NCBI GenBank assembly: GCA_022729915.1
Contig: DZBP01000003.1
Location: forward strand, 1 to 51,919
Length of the DNA: 51,919 bases
Reading direction: 5' to 3'
From: Draconibacterium orientale
Lineage (GTDB): Bacteria > Bacteroidota > Bacteroidia > Bacteroidales > JAIFNL01
The notes below the pieces were generated by a model. The model was not told the origin of the DNA, did not search any database, and saw only the letters and a program-made list of their open reading frames with translations. How positions within the stretch are numbered: position 1 is the stretch's first letter; each line of letters opens with the position of its first letter. The position numbers were made by a program, and so were the translations under genes. This document shows positions 39,936 through 48,995 of this stretch, one piece after another.

Positions 39936-41033
39936 TTATAATTTACTAAAAAACAATTCAAACTCATCAGGATTTAACGAAACGCAAATTCTTGAAAATT
40001 GTTGGTATTTTTGTTTGTCTGTATGGAAAAAACTTAAATTAACAGCGCCTATATTATGCTGAAAAAGAAACTCTTGCGACTTATTAACTACAGCAAAAAT
40101 ACCCAAAGGCAATTTTTTCTGATAAAAGATTTCAGGCAAAAGCATTTTTTCATGTAAAAATTTTATATTCTTATTTATTCCATGTTTTGTTATTTCTAAA
40201 AAGTCATTTACAGCTTTTTTTCCATCATCAGAACTGAGTAATTCAAAAATAAGCCGCTGAGCAAAGGCATTTACTCCATTTGTAGCATATAAAAGTTGAA
40301 TTCGAAACTCTTGATTGAATTCTTTATTCGTTGAATGTAAAAAACCAATTCGTTGTCCACTCAATCCCAAACATTTACTAAAACTTTCGAGAAGAATTAC
40401 GTTCTCAAAATCGAGCATTTGTTTGTAAAAAGCTAAATCTGAATTAAAAACTCTCCGATATGGGCTGTCGACAATTATAGTAACTCCATTTTTATTTAAC
40501 GCTTCAACTACTTGAAATATAACACTATCTGATTCTGAATTGCCTAAAGGATTGCTTGGCTCACAAATAACAACTGCTTTGTTTTGAAATTTGTCTGCAT
40601 TTTGAAGTAAATAATCAAAATTGGAATAAGTAGAAAAAGTTTTTTTGTTTATTTTCAAGATGTTAGCATAAGCTCCCCAAAAAAACTCTGGTAATAAAAC
40701 TTCACTTGCATTTAAAATAGAAAAAGCCAAATTGAGAGACAAAACACTACCAATAGTAATAAAAATATTTTTATTGTCGGCTTCATTTTCAAAATAAAAC
40801 TGGTTAATTGCTTTTCTTAAATACGAATGCCCCTCACTTGGTGGATAATTTTGAATTTCAGTAGAATTGAAATCAATTCGTTTTATAACCTGCGATAAAT
40901 CAATTGTAGTTACTGCATTAATTCCTCTGTGAGCAGCCAAAACTTTAGTATTTGTATCAATTGACTTTTGTTTCAATCTTATTCCAATATCTACTATTGA
41001 AGAAAAACGGGCACCACTTTTAATTATTTCCAT
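39936..41033 (-). CDS. class I/II pyridoxal-phosphate-dependent aminotransferase
   Basis: 365 aa. PSNPLGN, and SFSKCLGLSGQRIGF containing the PLP lysine. Fold-type I architecture. Confidence 0.85.
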   Translation of the reverse strand: MEIIKSGARFSSIVDIGIRLKQKSIDTNTKVLAAHRGINAVTTIDLSQVIKRIDFNSTEIQNYPPSEGHSYLRKAINQFYFENEADNKNIFITIGSVLSLNLAFSILNASEVLLPEFFWGAYANILKINKKTFSTYSNFDYLLQNADKFQNKAVVICEPSNPLGNSESDSVIFQVVEALNKNGVTIIVDSPYRRVFNSDLAFYKQMLDFENVILLESFSKCLGLSGQRIGFLHSTNKEFNQEFRIQLLYATNGVNAFAQRLIFELLSSDDGKKAVNDFLEITKHGINKNIKFLHEKMLLPEIFYQKKLPLGIFAVVNKSQEFLFQHNIGAVNLSFFHTDKQKYQQFSRICVSLNPDEFELFFSKL

Positions 41034-41689
41034 AATAAATTTATATTTCTTAAGAATAATACAATGAGAAATCTAAACACCAAACAATTGATTTGTAAAT
41101 ATTTAGAACCTCTAAAGTAGAAAGCCTAAAAACTACAAATCATAAGATGCTACAAATGAATGAAATTATTCACCCCTTTTTATAGTAGCAACAGCAAGTT
41201 TAACTATAAAATTTAAAACAAAATAAAAAAAACACTTATTTTTTTTTTGCAAAGAAGAAAAAGAAATTTTAAACTTGCAAAAGTTCAAAAAACAACTAAC
41301 TCAAAAAATTTCAAAAAAAAATAAAAAAAATAAAAAAGCATTAATGAAACTAAATAATTAAACAACAATACTTTACATAATATTCCAACAAATAACTTTA
41401 AAAAAAATATTTTCAAATAAAGATAAAAATTTGTAGAAGAATTTTTTTTTTTTGTAAATTTGGGCTTTGAATTTGAAACAAAAAATATGCATATAAAAAC
41501 AATCATTTTATAAAAAAAACAACACATTTTTAATTGATTATCAGTTATTAAGAAAAAAAAATACAATTTAAATTTTGAAAATTAAGATTTAATATTTATT
41601 TTTATAACATTAAAATTTTGTTAAATCAAAAAATAAGTGTACTTTCATCATAATTTTAAGAAACTCAAGTTATATATTTTTATATATAA

Positions 41690-44320
41690 ATGGCAAAAAA
41701 ATATAAATACTATTCCGATATTAAGAGCTCATTTTGGGTGTCGAGCTATGTAAAACGCCAGACTTTACTTGGCTTTACATTAGGTTTAATATTTCCATTA
41801 ATATCGTGGACATTGGAAGTTTTAACTAAAAATTATGACTTATCACTAAAAAGTATCTTTCTATTTCATATTGAAAACCAACAAAATTTTTTAATTGACT
41901 TAATTCCGTTTGTAATAGCAGGTATCGTATATATGCTGTCAGTATCGTCGGAGAGAGTTAATAAAGAATTGAAATTTGAAGTAGAGGAATTAAATGGCAA
42001 GATTCAGAAAAATGCAAATTTTGCTAATTTAATAGGTAAAAAAGATTTTTCGCGAAAGTTTGACGAAATTGACGAAGACGATGAGTTAGGCAAAGCGCTC
42101 TTGCGAATGAAAAATAACCTTGAGCTTACCGAAAACAAAGAAAACGAGCAAAACTGGATTGCAAAAGGAAAAGAGCATATCTCTAATATATTGCGTTTGC
42201 ACAATAATATTGACACACTCGCATACGAAACTACTGTAAATCTGATAGATTACACAAAAGCGGTGCAGGGTGCATTTTATATATATGACGATGATACCGA
42301 CAGAATTATAAATATTGCAACTTATGCATACAATCGAAAAAAATACATAAGCCAAGAATTTAGAATAGGTCAAGGTCTTATAGGTCAGTGTGCCTATGAA
42401 ATGGATTTTATTTACAGAAAAGAAATACCTAAAAACTATGTAACTATTACTTCGGGTATTTTGGGAGATAAAAAACCACAAACTATATTAATTGTACCTT
42501 TAATTAGCAATGAAAAACTACAAGGTATCGTTGAATTTGCTTCGCTTGAGGAAGATATTCCAGAGTTAACAATTAAGTTTGTTAGGGAATTAGCTACTAT
42601 CATAGCTCAAACGGTTTTTAACTTAAAAGTAAATGCAAAAACCGAAAAGCTTTTGAAAGAAGCGAGAATAATGACCGAAGAATTAAAAGAAAACGAAGAA
42701 GAATTGAGGCAAAATGCAGAAGAAATGCGTGCAACTCAAGAAGAGCTTCAAAAAACAAATATTAATCTTGAAAAGCAAATAAAAGAAGTAGAAAACTCAC
42801 AAAAACGTTTGCATTCATTGTTAGAAAATGCTTCAGAAGTAATTTCTATTTATGATGAAAATGGGCTAGTAAAATACGAAAGTCCTTCGGTAAAAAACAT
42901 TTTGGGTTATGCACCCGAAGAAATTATTGGGAAAAGTGCTTTTGAAACAGTTCATACTTCTGAAAACAATATCACAAAACGTATATTCTTTGAGCTTTTG
43001 GAAAATCCGGAAGCTCCTCGAACATTTGAGTATCAATACACAAAAAACGACGAAGAAACTCTTTGGCTTGAATCAACTGGGCGTAACTTTTTGAACAACT
43101 CGGCTATTGCTGGTATTATTTTCAATACTCGCGATATTACGGTTCGGAAAATAGCTGAAAAAGCTCAGCGTATGAGCGGTCAAATGCAAGCACTTTCGGA
43201 AAATAGTATTGACATGATTATTCGTATTAATCTTGAAGGACGTTTTTTCTATGTGAACCCGCAAGTAGAAGAATATACTGGGGTGAAAAAATCCAATTTA
43301 ATAAGACGTACTTTAGAAGAAGTAGGCATAGAAGCAACAATATCGAGGGTTTTTAAAACAACAATTGAAAAAATAGCCTTTAAACCAGAAAAACTAGAAA
43401 CCGAATTTGAATTTGAATCAAATTTAGGACATAGGTTTATGCAACTTAACGCAATACCGGAATTTAGCGAAGATGGCGATTTAGAAACAGTATTGCTTGT
43501 TGCACATGATATTACGGAGCAAAAGAAAATAGAAGCCGAGATTATTGATAAAAATAAAAAAATAAACGACAGTATAAATTATGCGCAACGAATTCAAAAA
43601 GCAATATTGCCAGACAATAAGCTTATACATGAATATTTGCCAAATTCATTTATACTTTACAAACCAAGAGATGTAGTAAGTGGCGATTTTCCATGGTTCT
43701 TTAAAAAAGGCGATGATATTTATATAGCCGCAGTAGATTGTACTGGACATGGAGTACCGGGAGCGTTATTATCTTTTATTGGCTATTTCTTGCTCAACAA
43801 TATTGTAGATCACGACAGAGAATTTACAGCCGGAGAGGTTTTAGACAAATTGCACGAAGAAGTTCGCACAACATTGAAGCAAGACCAAGAGGGAGCAAAT
43901 GCACGAGATGGTATGGATATTGCGCTGTGTAAAATAAATAGAACACGCAATGAGCTACAATATTCAGGAGCGCATCGCCCACTGTATCTGTTAAGAGAAG
44001 GTGAATTAATTCAATATAGAGGAAGCCCCAAAGCAATAGGAGGTATTCCAAACAACAAAAAAGATGAAAAACCATTTATAAATCATGTTATAAAATATCA
44101 AAAATCGGATAAAATATTCTTTTTTTCAGATGGCTTGCCCGACCAAATAGGCGGCGACAAAGGAAGAAAATACCAAGTAGTAAGAATACGCGATGAGATA
44201 TTGAGCAATTTAGAATTTTCTATGCCACAGTATATGAAGCATTTTTCTAAAGATTTCAGGAAATGGCAAGGAAATTACAAACAAATTGACGATGTTTTAA
44301 TGATTGGAGTTGAATTTTAA
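41690..44320 (+). CDS. membrane-anchored GAF/PAS/PAS sensor fused to a PP2C (SpoIIE-family) protein phosphatase; SiaA-like
   Basis: 876 aa. Two N-terminal TM helices, a GAF-like region (~42150-42625; IGQGLIGQCA, ILIVPLISNEKLQGIVEF) and the coiled coil EELKENEEELRQNAEEMRATQEELQ. Two PAS-like modules lie at ~42800-43150 and ~43190-43525. PP2C motifs: SGDFPWF, AAVDCTGHGVPGALLS, FFFSDGLPDQ. Confidence 0.9.
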   Translation: MAKKYKYYSDIKSSFWVSSYVKRQTLLGFTLGLIFPLISWTLEVLTKNYDLSLKSIFLFHIENQQNFLIDLIPFVIAGIVYMLSVSSERVNKELKFEVEELNGKIQKNANFANLIGKKDFSRKFDEIDEDDELGKALLRMKNNLELTENKENEQNWIAKGKEHISNILRLHNNIDTLAYETTVNLIDYTKAVQGAFYIYDDDTDRIINIATYAYNRKKYISQEFRIGQGLIGQCAYEMDFIYRKEIPKNYVTITSGILGDKKPQTILIVPLISNEKLQGIVEFASLEEDIPELTIKFVRELATIIAQTVFNLKVNAKTEKLLKEARIMTEELKENEEELRQNAEEMRATQEELQKTNINLEKQIKEVENSQKRLHSLLENASEVISIYDENGLVKYESPSVKNILGYAPEEIIGKSAFETVHTSENNITKRIFFELLENPEAPRTFEYQYTKNDEETLWLESTGRNFLNNSAIAGIIFNTRDITVRKIAEKAQRMSGQMQALSENSIDMIIRINLEGRFFYVNPQVEEYTGVKKSNLIRRTLEEVGIEATISRVFKTTIEKIAFKPEKLETEFEFESNLGHRFMQLNAIPEFSEDGDLETVLLVAHDITEQKKIEAEIIDKNKKINDSINYAQRIQKAILPDNKLIHEYLPNSFILYKPRDVVSGDFPWFFKKGDDIYIAAVDCTGHGVPGALLSFIGYFLLNNIVDHDREFTAGEVLDKLHEEVRTTLKQDQEGANARDGMDIALCKINRTRNELQYSGAHRPLYLLREGELIQYRGSPKAIGGIPNNKKDEKPFINHVIKYQKSDKIFFFSDGLPDQIGGDKGRKYQVVRIRDEILSNLEFSMPQYMKHFSKDFRKWQGNYKQIDDVLMIGVEF

Positions 44321-44446
44321 AAAAAATATTTATATCTTTGGAATAGATTTTAAGAAAAAAATTGGTAAATTCAATTTTATTTAAGAAATTTGAAAATTAT
44401 TTTAATAAGCACATTATGATTTTACTCATAACCCAAAAACTAAATT

Positions 44447-45022
44447 ATGGCAGAGATTGTTAATAGGCACAACTTCCTTGATTTTGTATATGATTTTTAT
44501 CTAAAGATGAAATCGAAGGACGTAAATTTAGTTTACGAAGGGGAAATAACTCATCAAATAACTAAAGCATTTACGTCGCTTACAGAGTCAAAAATGCTTC
44601 GAGAGGAAGAACCCAACACTGTACAAAAAAAGGTTTTCCATGTAATGGTAGAATGCTTGCAAAATATAAGCAAACATGCCAGCCAACCAGAAACTGCCAC
44701 CGATGAAAAAGAAGGCAAAGGCATTTTCATGATTAGTAAAGGAGAATCGGAATATTTGGTAACAACAGGCAATACAATTCCTACGGAGAAAATTGATGGA
44801 TTGCGTTATATGCTTGAAAATATCAACAATTTAGACAAAGAAGGTTTGAAAAAACTTTACAAGCAGCAAATACGGGAAGGCAGACTTTCCGAAAAAGGCG
44901 GTGCTGGTCTAGGTTTTATAGATATTGCAAAGAAAACAGGACGCCCATTAGAGTATCATTTCCTTACAGTAGACAAAGATGAATCATTTTTTGTATTAAC
45001 ATCAAGTATTTCACGAAAATAA
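44447..45022 (+). CDS. SiaB-like protein kinase (GHKL / anti-sigma-factor-kinase fold)
   Basis: 191 aa. N-box-like MVECLQNISKHA and the G-box GGAGLGFIDIAKKTG. The size and the position between a PP2C gene and a DUF1987 gene match SiaB. Confidence 0.75.
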   Translation: MAEIVNRHNFLDFVYDFYLKMKSKDVNLVYEGEITHQITKAFTSLTESKMLREEEPNTVQKKVFHVMVECLQNISKHASQPETATDEKEGKGIFMISKGESEYLVTTGNTIPTEKIDGLRYMLENINNLDKEGLKKLYKQQIREGRLSEKGGAGLGFIDIAKKTGRPLEYHFLTVDKDESFFVLTSSISRK

Positions 45023-45037
45023 AAAACAAACATAATT

Positions 45038-45421
45038 ATGCAAGTAATAAAAATAAAAGGCTCAGACGATACGCCCACTATAATACTAGATGCTGAAAAT
45101 AATATAATGGAAATATCTGGAAGGTCTTTGCCTGAAGATGTGGCTTCATTCTACGAACCTGTTTTAGAATGGCTTGATGAATATGCCCAGAGTCCGAATG
45201 AAAAGACAATACTGGATTTTAAACTTGTGTATTTTAATACTGCTTCATCAAAATTGTTGCTCGATATACTACTTAAACTCGAAGACTTATCTGACGAAGG
45301 TAATGAGGTATTGGTAAGATGGCATTATCCTGATGACGACGAAGATATGGAAGAAGCAGGTGAAGAATACGCAGACATTGTAGATGTTCCGTTTGAACAA
45401 ATCAGCTATAGTTTAGATTAG
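45038..45421 (+). CDS. DUF1987 (SiaC-like) regulatory phosphoprotein
   Basis: 127 aa. DDTPTIILDAENNIMEISGRSLPEDVASFYEPVLEWL and YFNTASSKLLLDILLKL match the DUF1987 consensus as I recall it. Thr68 sits in FNT68ASSK (codon 45239-45241). Acidic tail DDDEDMEEAGEE. Starts 15 nt after the kinase gene. Confidence 0.8.
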   Translation: MQVIKIKGSDDTPTIILDAENNIMEISGRSLPEDVASFYEPVLEWLDEYAQSPNEKTILDFKLVYFNTASSKLLLDILLKLEDLSDEGNEVLVRWHYPDDDEDMEEAGEEYADIVDVPFEQISYSLD

Positions 45422-45564
45422 ATTGTTGTTGTTGTTTTGAAAAACAATAATTGAAAGATACATTATTTAAAATAGACTATAAGCCACTGCTTAATTAATA
45501 GTGATTATCAACAATTCAGGCATCAGCCAGTTTTAAATTAACTCCTTTATCTGAAACATAAAAA

Positions 45565-48500
45565 ATGAGTGAAGAGATACTAAAAGCCTTGATGCAATTA
45601 TTTGCTATAATTGTAAAACAAGATGAAGGAGTTGAACAAAATGAAATTAAGTATGTCAAGACATTCTTAACCCAGCAATTAGGGGACGAGGCTGTTTCGG
45701 AATACTTATACCTGTTTTACGAAAAAGCTGGCTTAGATACTGAGGGTAAACTATTAGAAACAGAATCGGAAGAAGATAGAAAACCTAAGCGTACTTCGGT
45801 AAAAGACTCGGTGCGTATTTTGGGTTTGTGCAAAAAAATAAATAAAAATCTTAACCAAAAACAAAAAGTTGTCGTATTAACTCGCTTATTTGAGTTAATC
45901 AATACCGAACGGAAATTTTCGGAACAACGCATGGCTATTATCAACACAGTAGCCGAAGTATTTAATATTACAAAAGAAGAATTTATAAGTATCGAAACTT
46001 TTGTAATTGAAAACGAAGCAAGCAAGGTAGATTTTACAAATATTTTAATAGTAAGTCAAGAAAACATTGAAAGTGAGCACTGTAAAAAAGTTCATACAGA
46101 ATCTCTCAACGGAAATATTTTCATTTTGCATATAAAAGCAGTTGAACTATTTTTCCTAAAATACACTGGAACCGAAGCTGTAAACTTAAATGGACAAATA
46201 ATAAATAACAAAAGCATTTACTTATTTGCCAACGGTAGTACTATTAGAATACCAAAAGGTAAACCTATTTATTATAGCGACATAGTTGCAAAGTTTTTGT
46301 CCGATTCCATTATTGCAAAACTTTCATTCTCTGTAGAAAATATTTCGTTCCAATTTCCTAATGGAGACTTGGGTTTAAGAAGTATTTCTTTTTCTGAAAC
46401 GCATGGAAAACTCATTGGAATAATGGGTGCAAGCGGCGCAGGAAAAACTACAATGCTCAACTCTTTGTCTGGCATTTCTACCCCAACATCGGGAAGAGTT
46501 TTGATAAACGGGATAGATCTTCACCACAACAAAGAAGAAATTGAAGGCTTAATAGGTTACATTCCTCAAGATGACCTTTTGATTGAAGAGCTTACTGTTT
46601 TTGAAAATTTGTACTTCAATGCCAAGCAATGCTTCAACAAAAAGCCAGAAGCCGAAATAATTCAACTTGTAAATACGGTTTTGAAAAATTTAGGTCTTTT
46701 TGAAAGAAAAGATTTAAAAGTAGGTTCGCCACTGAATAAATTAATAAGCGGTGGGCAGCGTAAACGCTTAAATATTGCACTTGAGCTTATAAGAGAACCC
46801 GCCATTTTGTTTGTAGATGAACCCACATCGGGTTTGTCGTCGCGCGATTCGGAGAATGTTATGGACTTACTTAGGGAGCTAACCCTCAAAGGTAAGTTGA
46901 TTTTTGTGGTTATCCACCAGCCTTCTTCTGAAATTTATAAGATGTTCGACAAGATGATGATTCTTGATACGGGCGGCTATATGGTTTACTACGGAAATCC
47001 GGTAGAAGCCATTTTGTACTTCAAAGAAATTGATAACCAAATAAATAACGTATCGGGCGAGTGCCCTGTTTGTGGTAACGTAAATCCTGAGTCTATTTTT
47101 GATATCGTAGAAGCTAAGGTAGTAGATGAGTTTGGTAATTACACTGATAACCGCAAAGTTAGCCCAAAACACTGGGAAGACCATTTCCATGAAAAAATAA
47201 AACTAGAACCCGTAGAAATTATTAAAGACAAGCCGGTAAGTACCTTGGATATTCCAACGTGGTTTAAGCAGCTCAAAATATATTTGAAACGTGATTGGTT
47301 GTCGAAAATAAGCAACAAACAGTACATTGCTATCAATTTGATAGAATCGCCACTGCTTGGATTTATCCTTTCGTACATTATTCGGTACATTGCCGACCCC
47401 AATTCGGTGGTTTATGTGTTTAGAGAAAACGTAAATATACCTCCGTATATTTTTATGAGTGTGGTAGTTGCACTTTTTATAGGATTAACAGTAAGTGCAG
47501 AAGAAATTTTTAAGGATAGAAAAATATTGAAACGAGAAGCGTTTCTAAATTTAAGTCGTTCGAGTTATTTAATCTCGAAGGTGATTATACTTTTTGGGCT
47601 TTCGGCAATACAATCGTTGTTGTTTGTGTTGGTAGGAAATACAATACTTGGCATAGAGGAAATGTATTTTGAATACTGGTTGATTTTGTTTTCTATTTCG
47701 GCAGGAGCCAATATGATGGGCTTGAACATTTCATCAACATTTAACTCAGCTATAACGATTTATATTTTAATTCCGCTGTTGATAATTCCTCAATTAGCTT
47801 TGGGTGGAGCTATGTTTAGTTTTGAAAAACTGAACAAAACCATTAGCAGCATCGAAAAGGTGCCTATTGTAGCAGAAGTAATGACTGCGCGCTGGGGTTA
47901 TGAAGCTTTGATGGTGAAACAATACAAAGACAATAAATTTGAAACACTTTTTTATGATATTGAGAAAAAAATAAGTATAGCCGATTTTAAATTGGCACAT
48001 TATATCCCTTATTTAGAGACAATCTTAGACGAAGTAATTCGAGATTTGGATTCAACAAACGATTCGACACGCCAAGTAGTGAGTAGAAAACTCAACTTGC
48101 TACAAAAAGAATTTACGCGCGAAGCAAAAAAGATAAATACCCTTGAGCTGCAATATATAGAGAAGAAAAGCGACCGTGTGGAATTGAAATTCAAATACAT
48201 AGACAAACTAACAATGGAAAATGTTTCGGATACCGTTTTGGAAGAAGCACGTACCTACATAAAAAAAGAATTGGATTCGTATTATAATTTCTTCTACAAA
48301 GAAGGCTCTGAGAAAAAAGAAAGAATAATAGACTATTTGAAAGAAAACAAACCAGGATATTATGATAGCAGAAGAAAAAAATATCACAACGAATCGCTTC
48401 AAGAAATAGTAAAAAAGATTTATGAGAAAAATCCGATTATAGAATACGATGGAAAACTAATCCAACAAATAGATCCTATTTACTTAGACCCTGAACCAAA

Positions 48501-48789
48501 CCATTTGTTTGATTTCAGAACCCAATTTTTTGCTCCAAGAAAACATTTTATTGGAAAATATTACGATACTTTCTGGTTCAATACAATACTCATTTGGATA
48601 ATAACGTTAGTATTCTATGTTACTCTTTACTTTAACTTATTGAAAAAAACCTTAGATAAAATAGAAGGAATTAAAATACAAGAGAAACTAAAAAAATATA
48701 ATTTCTTAAAGAAAATAAAAATACGAAGGTTGAAAACGGAGAAAACAAAAAAAGTAAAGCCAGAAATTAAGAAATTAGATTTAGATTAA
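45565..48789 (+). CDS. multidomain ABC transporter ATP-binding/permease protein (TerB-like N-domain, beta-rich domain, ABCG-like NBD, ABC-2 permease, helical domain, terminal TM, Lys-rich tail)
   Basis: 1074 aa. TerB-like LMQLFAIIVKQDEGVEQNEIKYVKTFL and VLTRLFELINTERKFSEQRMAIINTVAEVF. Walker A GASGAGKTT, ISGGQRKRLNIA, ILFVDEPTSGL, IHQPSS and CPVCGNVNPE (47062-47091). ~6 TM helices, then a ~230-aa hydrophilic domain, a last TM (FWFNTILIWIITLVFYVTLYF) and a KKxK-rich tail. Confidence 0.85.
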   Translation: MSEEILKALMQLFAIIVKQDEGVEQNEIKYVKTFLTQQLGDEAVSEYLYLFYEKAGLDTEGKLLETESEEDRKPKRTSVKDSVRILGLCKKINKNLNQKQKVVVLTRLFELINTERKFSEQRMAIINTVAEVFNITKEEFISIETFVIENEASKVDFTNILIVSQENIESEHCKKVHTESLNGNIFILHIKAVELFFLKYTGTEAVNLNGQIINNKSIYLFANGSTIRIPKGKPIYYSDIVAKFLSDSIIAKLSFSVENISFQFPNGDLGLRSISFSETHGKLIGIMGASGAGKTTMLNSLSGISTPTSGRVLINGIDLHHNKEEIEGLIGYIPQDDLLIEELTVFENLYFNAKQCFNKKPEAEIIQLVNTVLKNLGLFERKDLKVGSPLNKLISGGQRKRLNIALELIREPAILFVDEPTSGLSSRDSENVMDLLRELTLKGKLIFVVIHQPSSEIYKMFDKMMILDTGGYMVYYGNPVEAILYFKEIDNQINNVSGECPVCGNVNPESIFDIVEAKVVDEFGNYTDNRKVSPKHWEDHFHEKIKLEPVEIIKDKPVSTLDIPTWFKQLKIYLKRDWLSKISNKQYIAINLIESPLLGFILSYIIRYIADPNSVVYVFRENVNIPPYIFMSVVVALFIGLTVSAEEIFKDRKILKREAFLNLSRSSYLISKVIILFGLSAIQSLLFVLVGNTILGIEEMYFEYWLILFSISAGANMMGLNISSTFNSAITIYILIPLLIIPQLALGGAMFSFEKLNKTISSIEKVPIVAEVMTARWGYEALMVKQYKDNKFETLFYDIEKKISIADFKLAHYIPYLETILDEVIRDLDSTNDSTRQVVSRKLNLLQKEFTREAKKINTLELQYIEKKSDRVELKFKYIDKLTMENVSDTVLEEARTYIKKELDSYYNFFYKEGSEKKERIIDYLKENKPGYYDSRRKKYHNESLQEIVKKIYEKNPIIEYDGKLIQQIDPIYLDPEPNHLFDFRTQFFAPRKHFIGKYYDTFWFNTILIWIITLVFYVTLYFNLLKKTLDKIEGIKIQEKLKKYNFLKKIKIRRLKTEKTKKVKPEIKKLDLD

Positions 48790-48995
48790 ATATCTAAAAA
48801 TCAAATAATAATACAATTTATATAGAATAATTTTAAAAAAAATTATTTATTGCTTTTGATATGTCTTTTTTTATATTAATTTTGTTACTTATTTTAATGA
48901 ATTTAGGAAAAAATGAATCATTAAAAAAACATAAAATAAAATAAGAATAGATGACAACATAAAAAGAACATACCTTAATACAAATTAAGTTAAAT

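Noticed and set aside
41285-41566. 93-aa minus-strand ORF inside the long A/T-rich spacer
   Set aside because: The translation is low-complexity Phe/Lys/Leu/Asn sequence that simply reflects poly-A/T DNA. It has no motif and no plausible context, so it is treated as spurious.
45422-45564. Possible terminator or small ORF in the gap between the DUF1987 gene and the ABC gene
   Set aside because: There are only weak 4-6 bp A/T hairpins (for example TTGTTTTGAAAAACAA), with no T-tract after a stable stem and no ATG-initiated ORF. Co-transcription remains possible but unproven.
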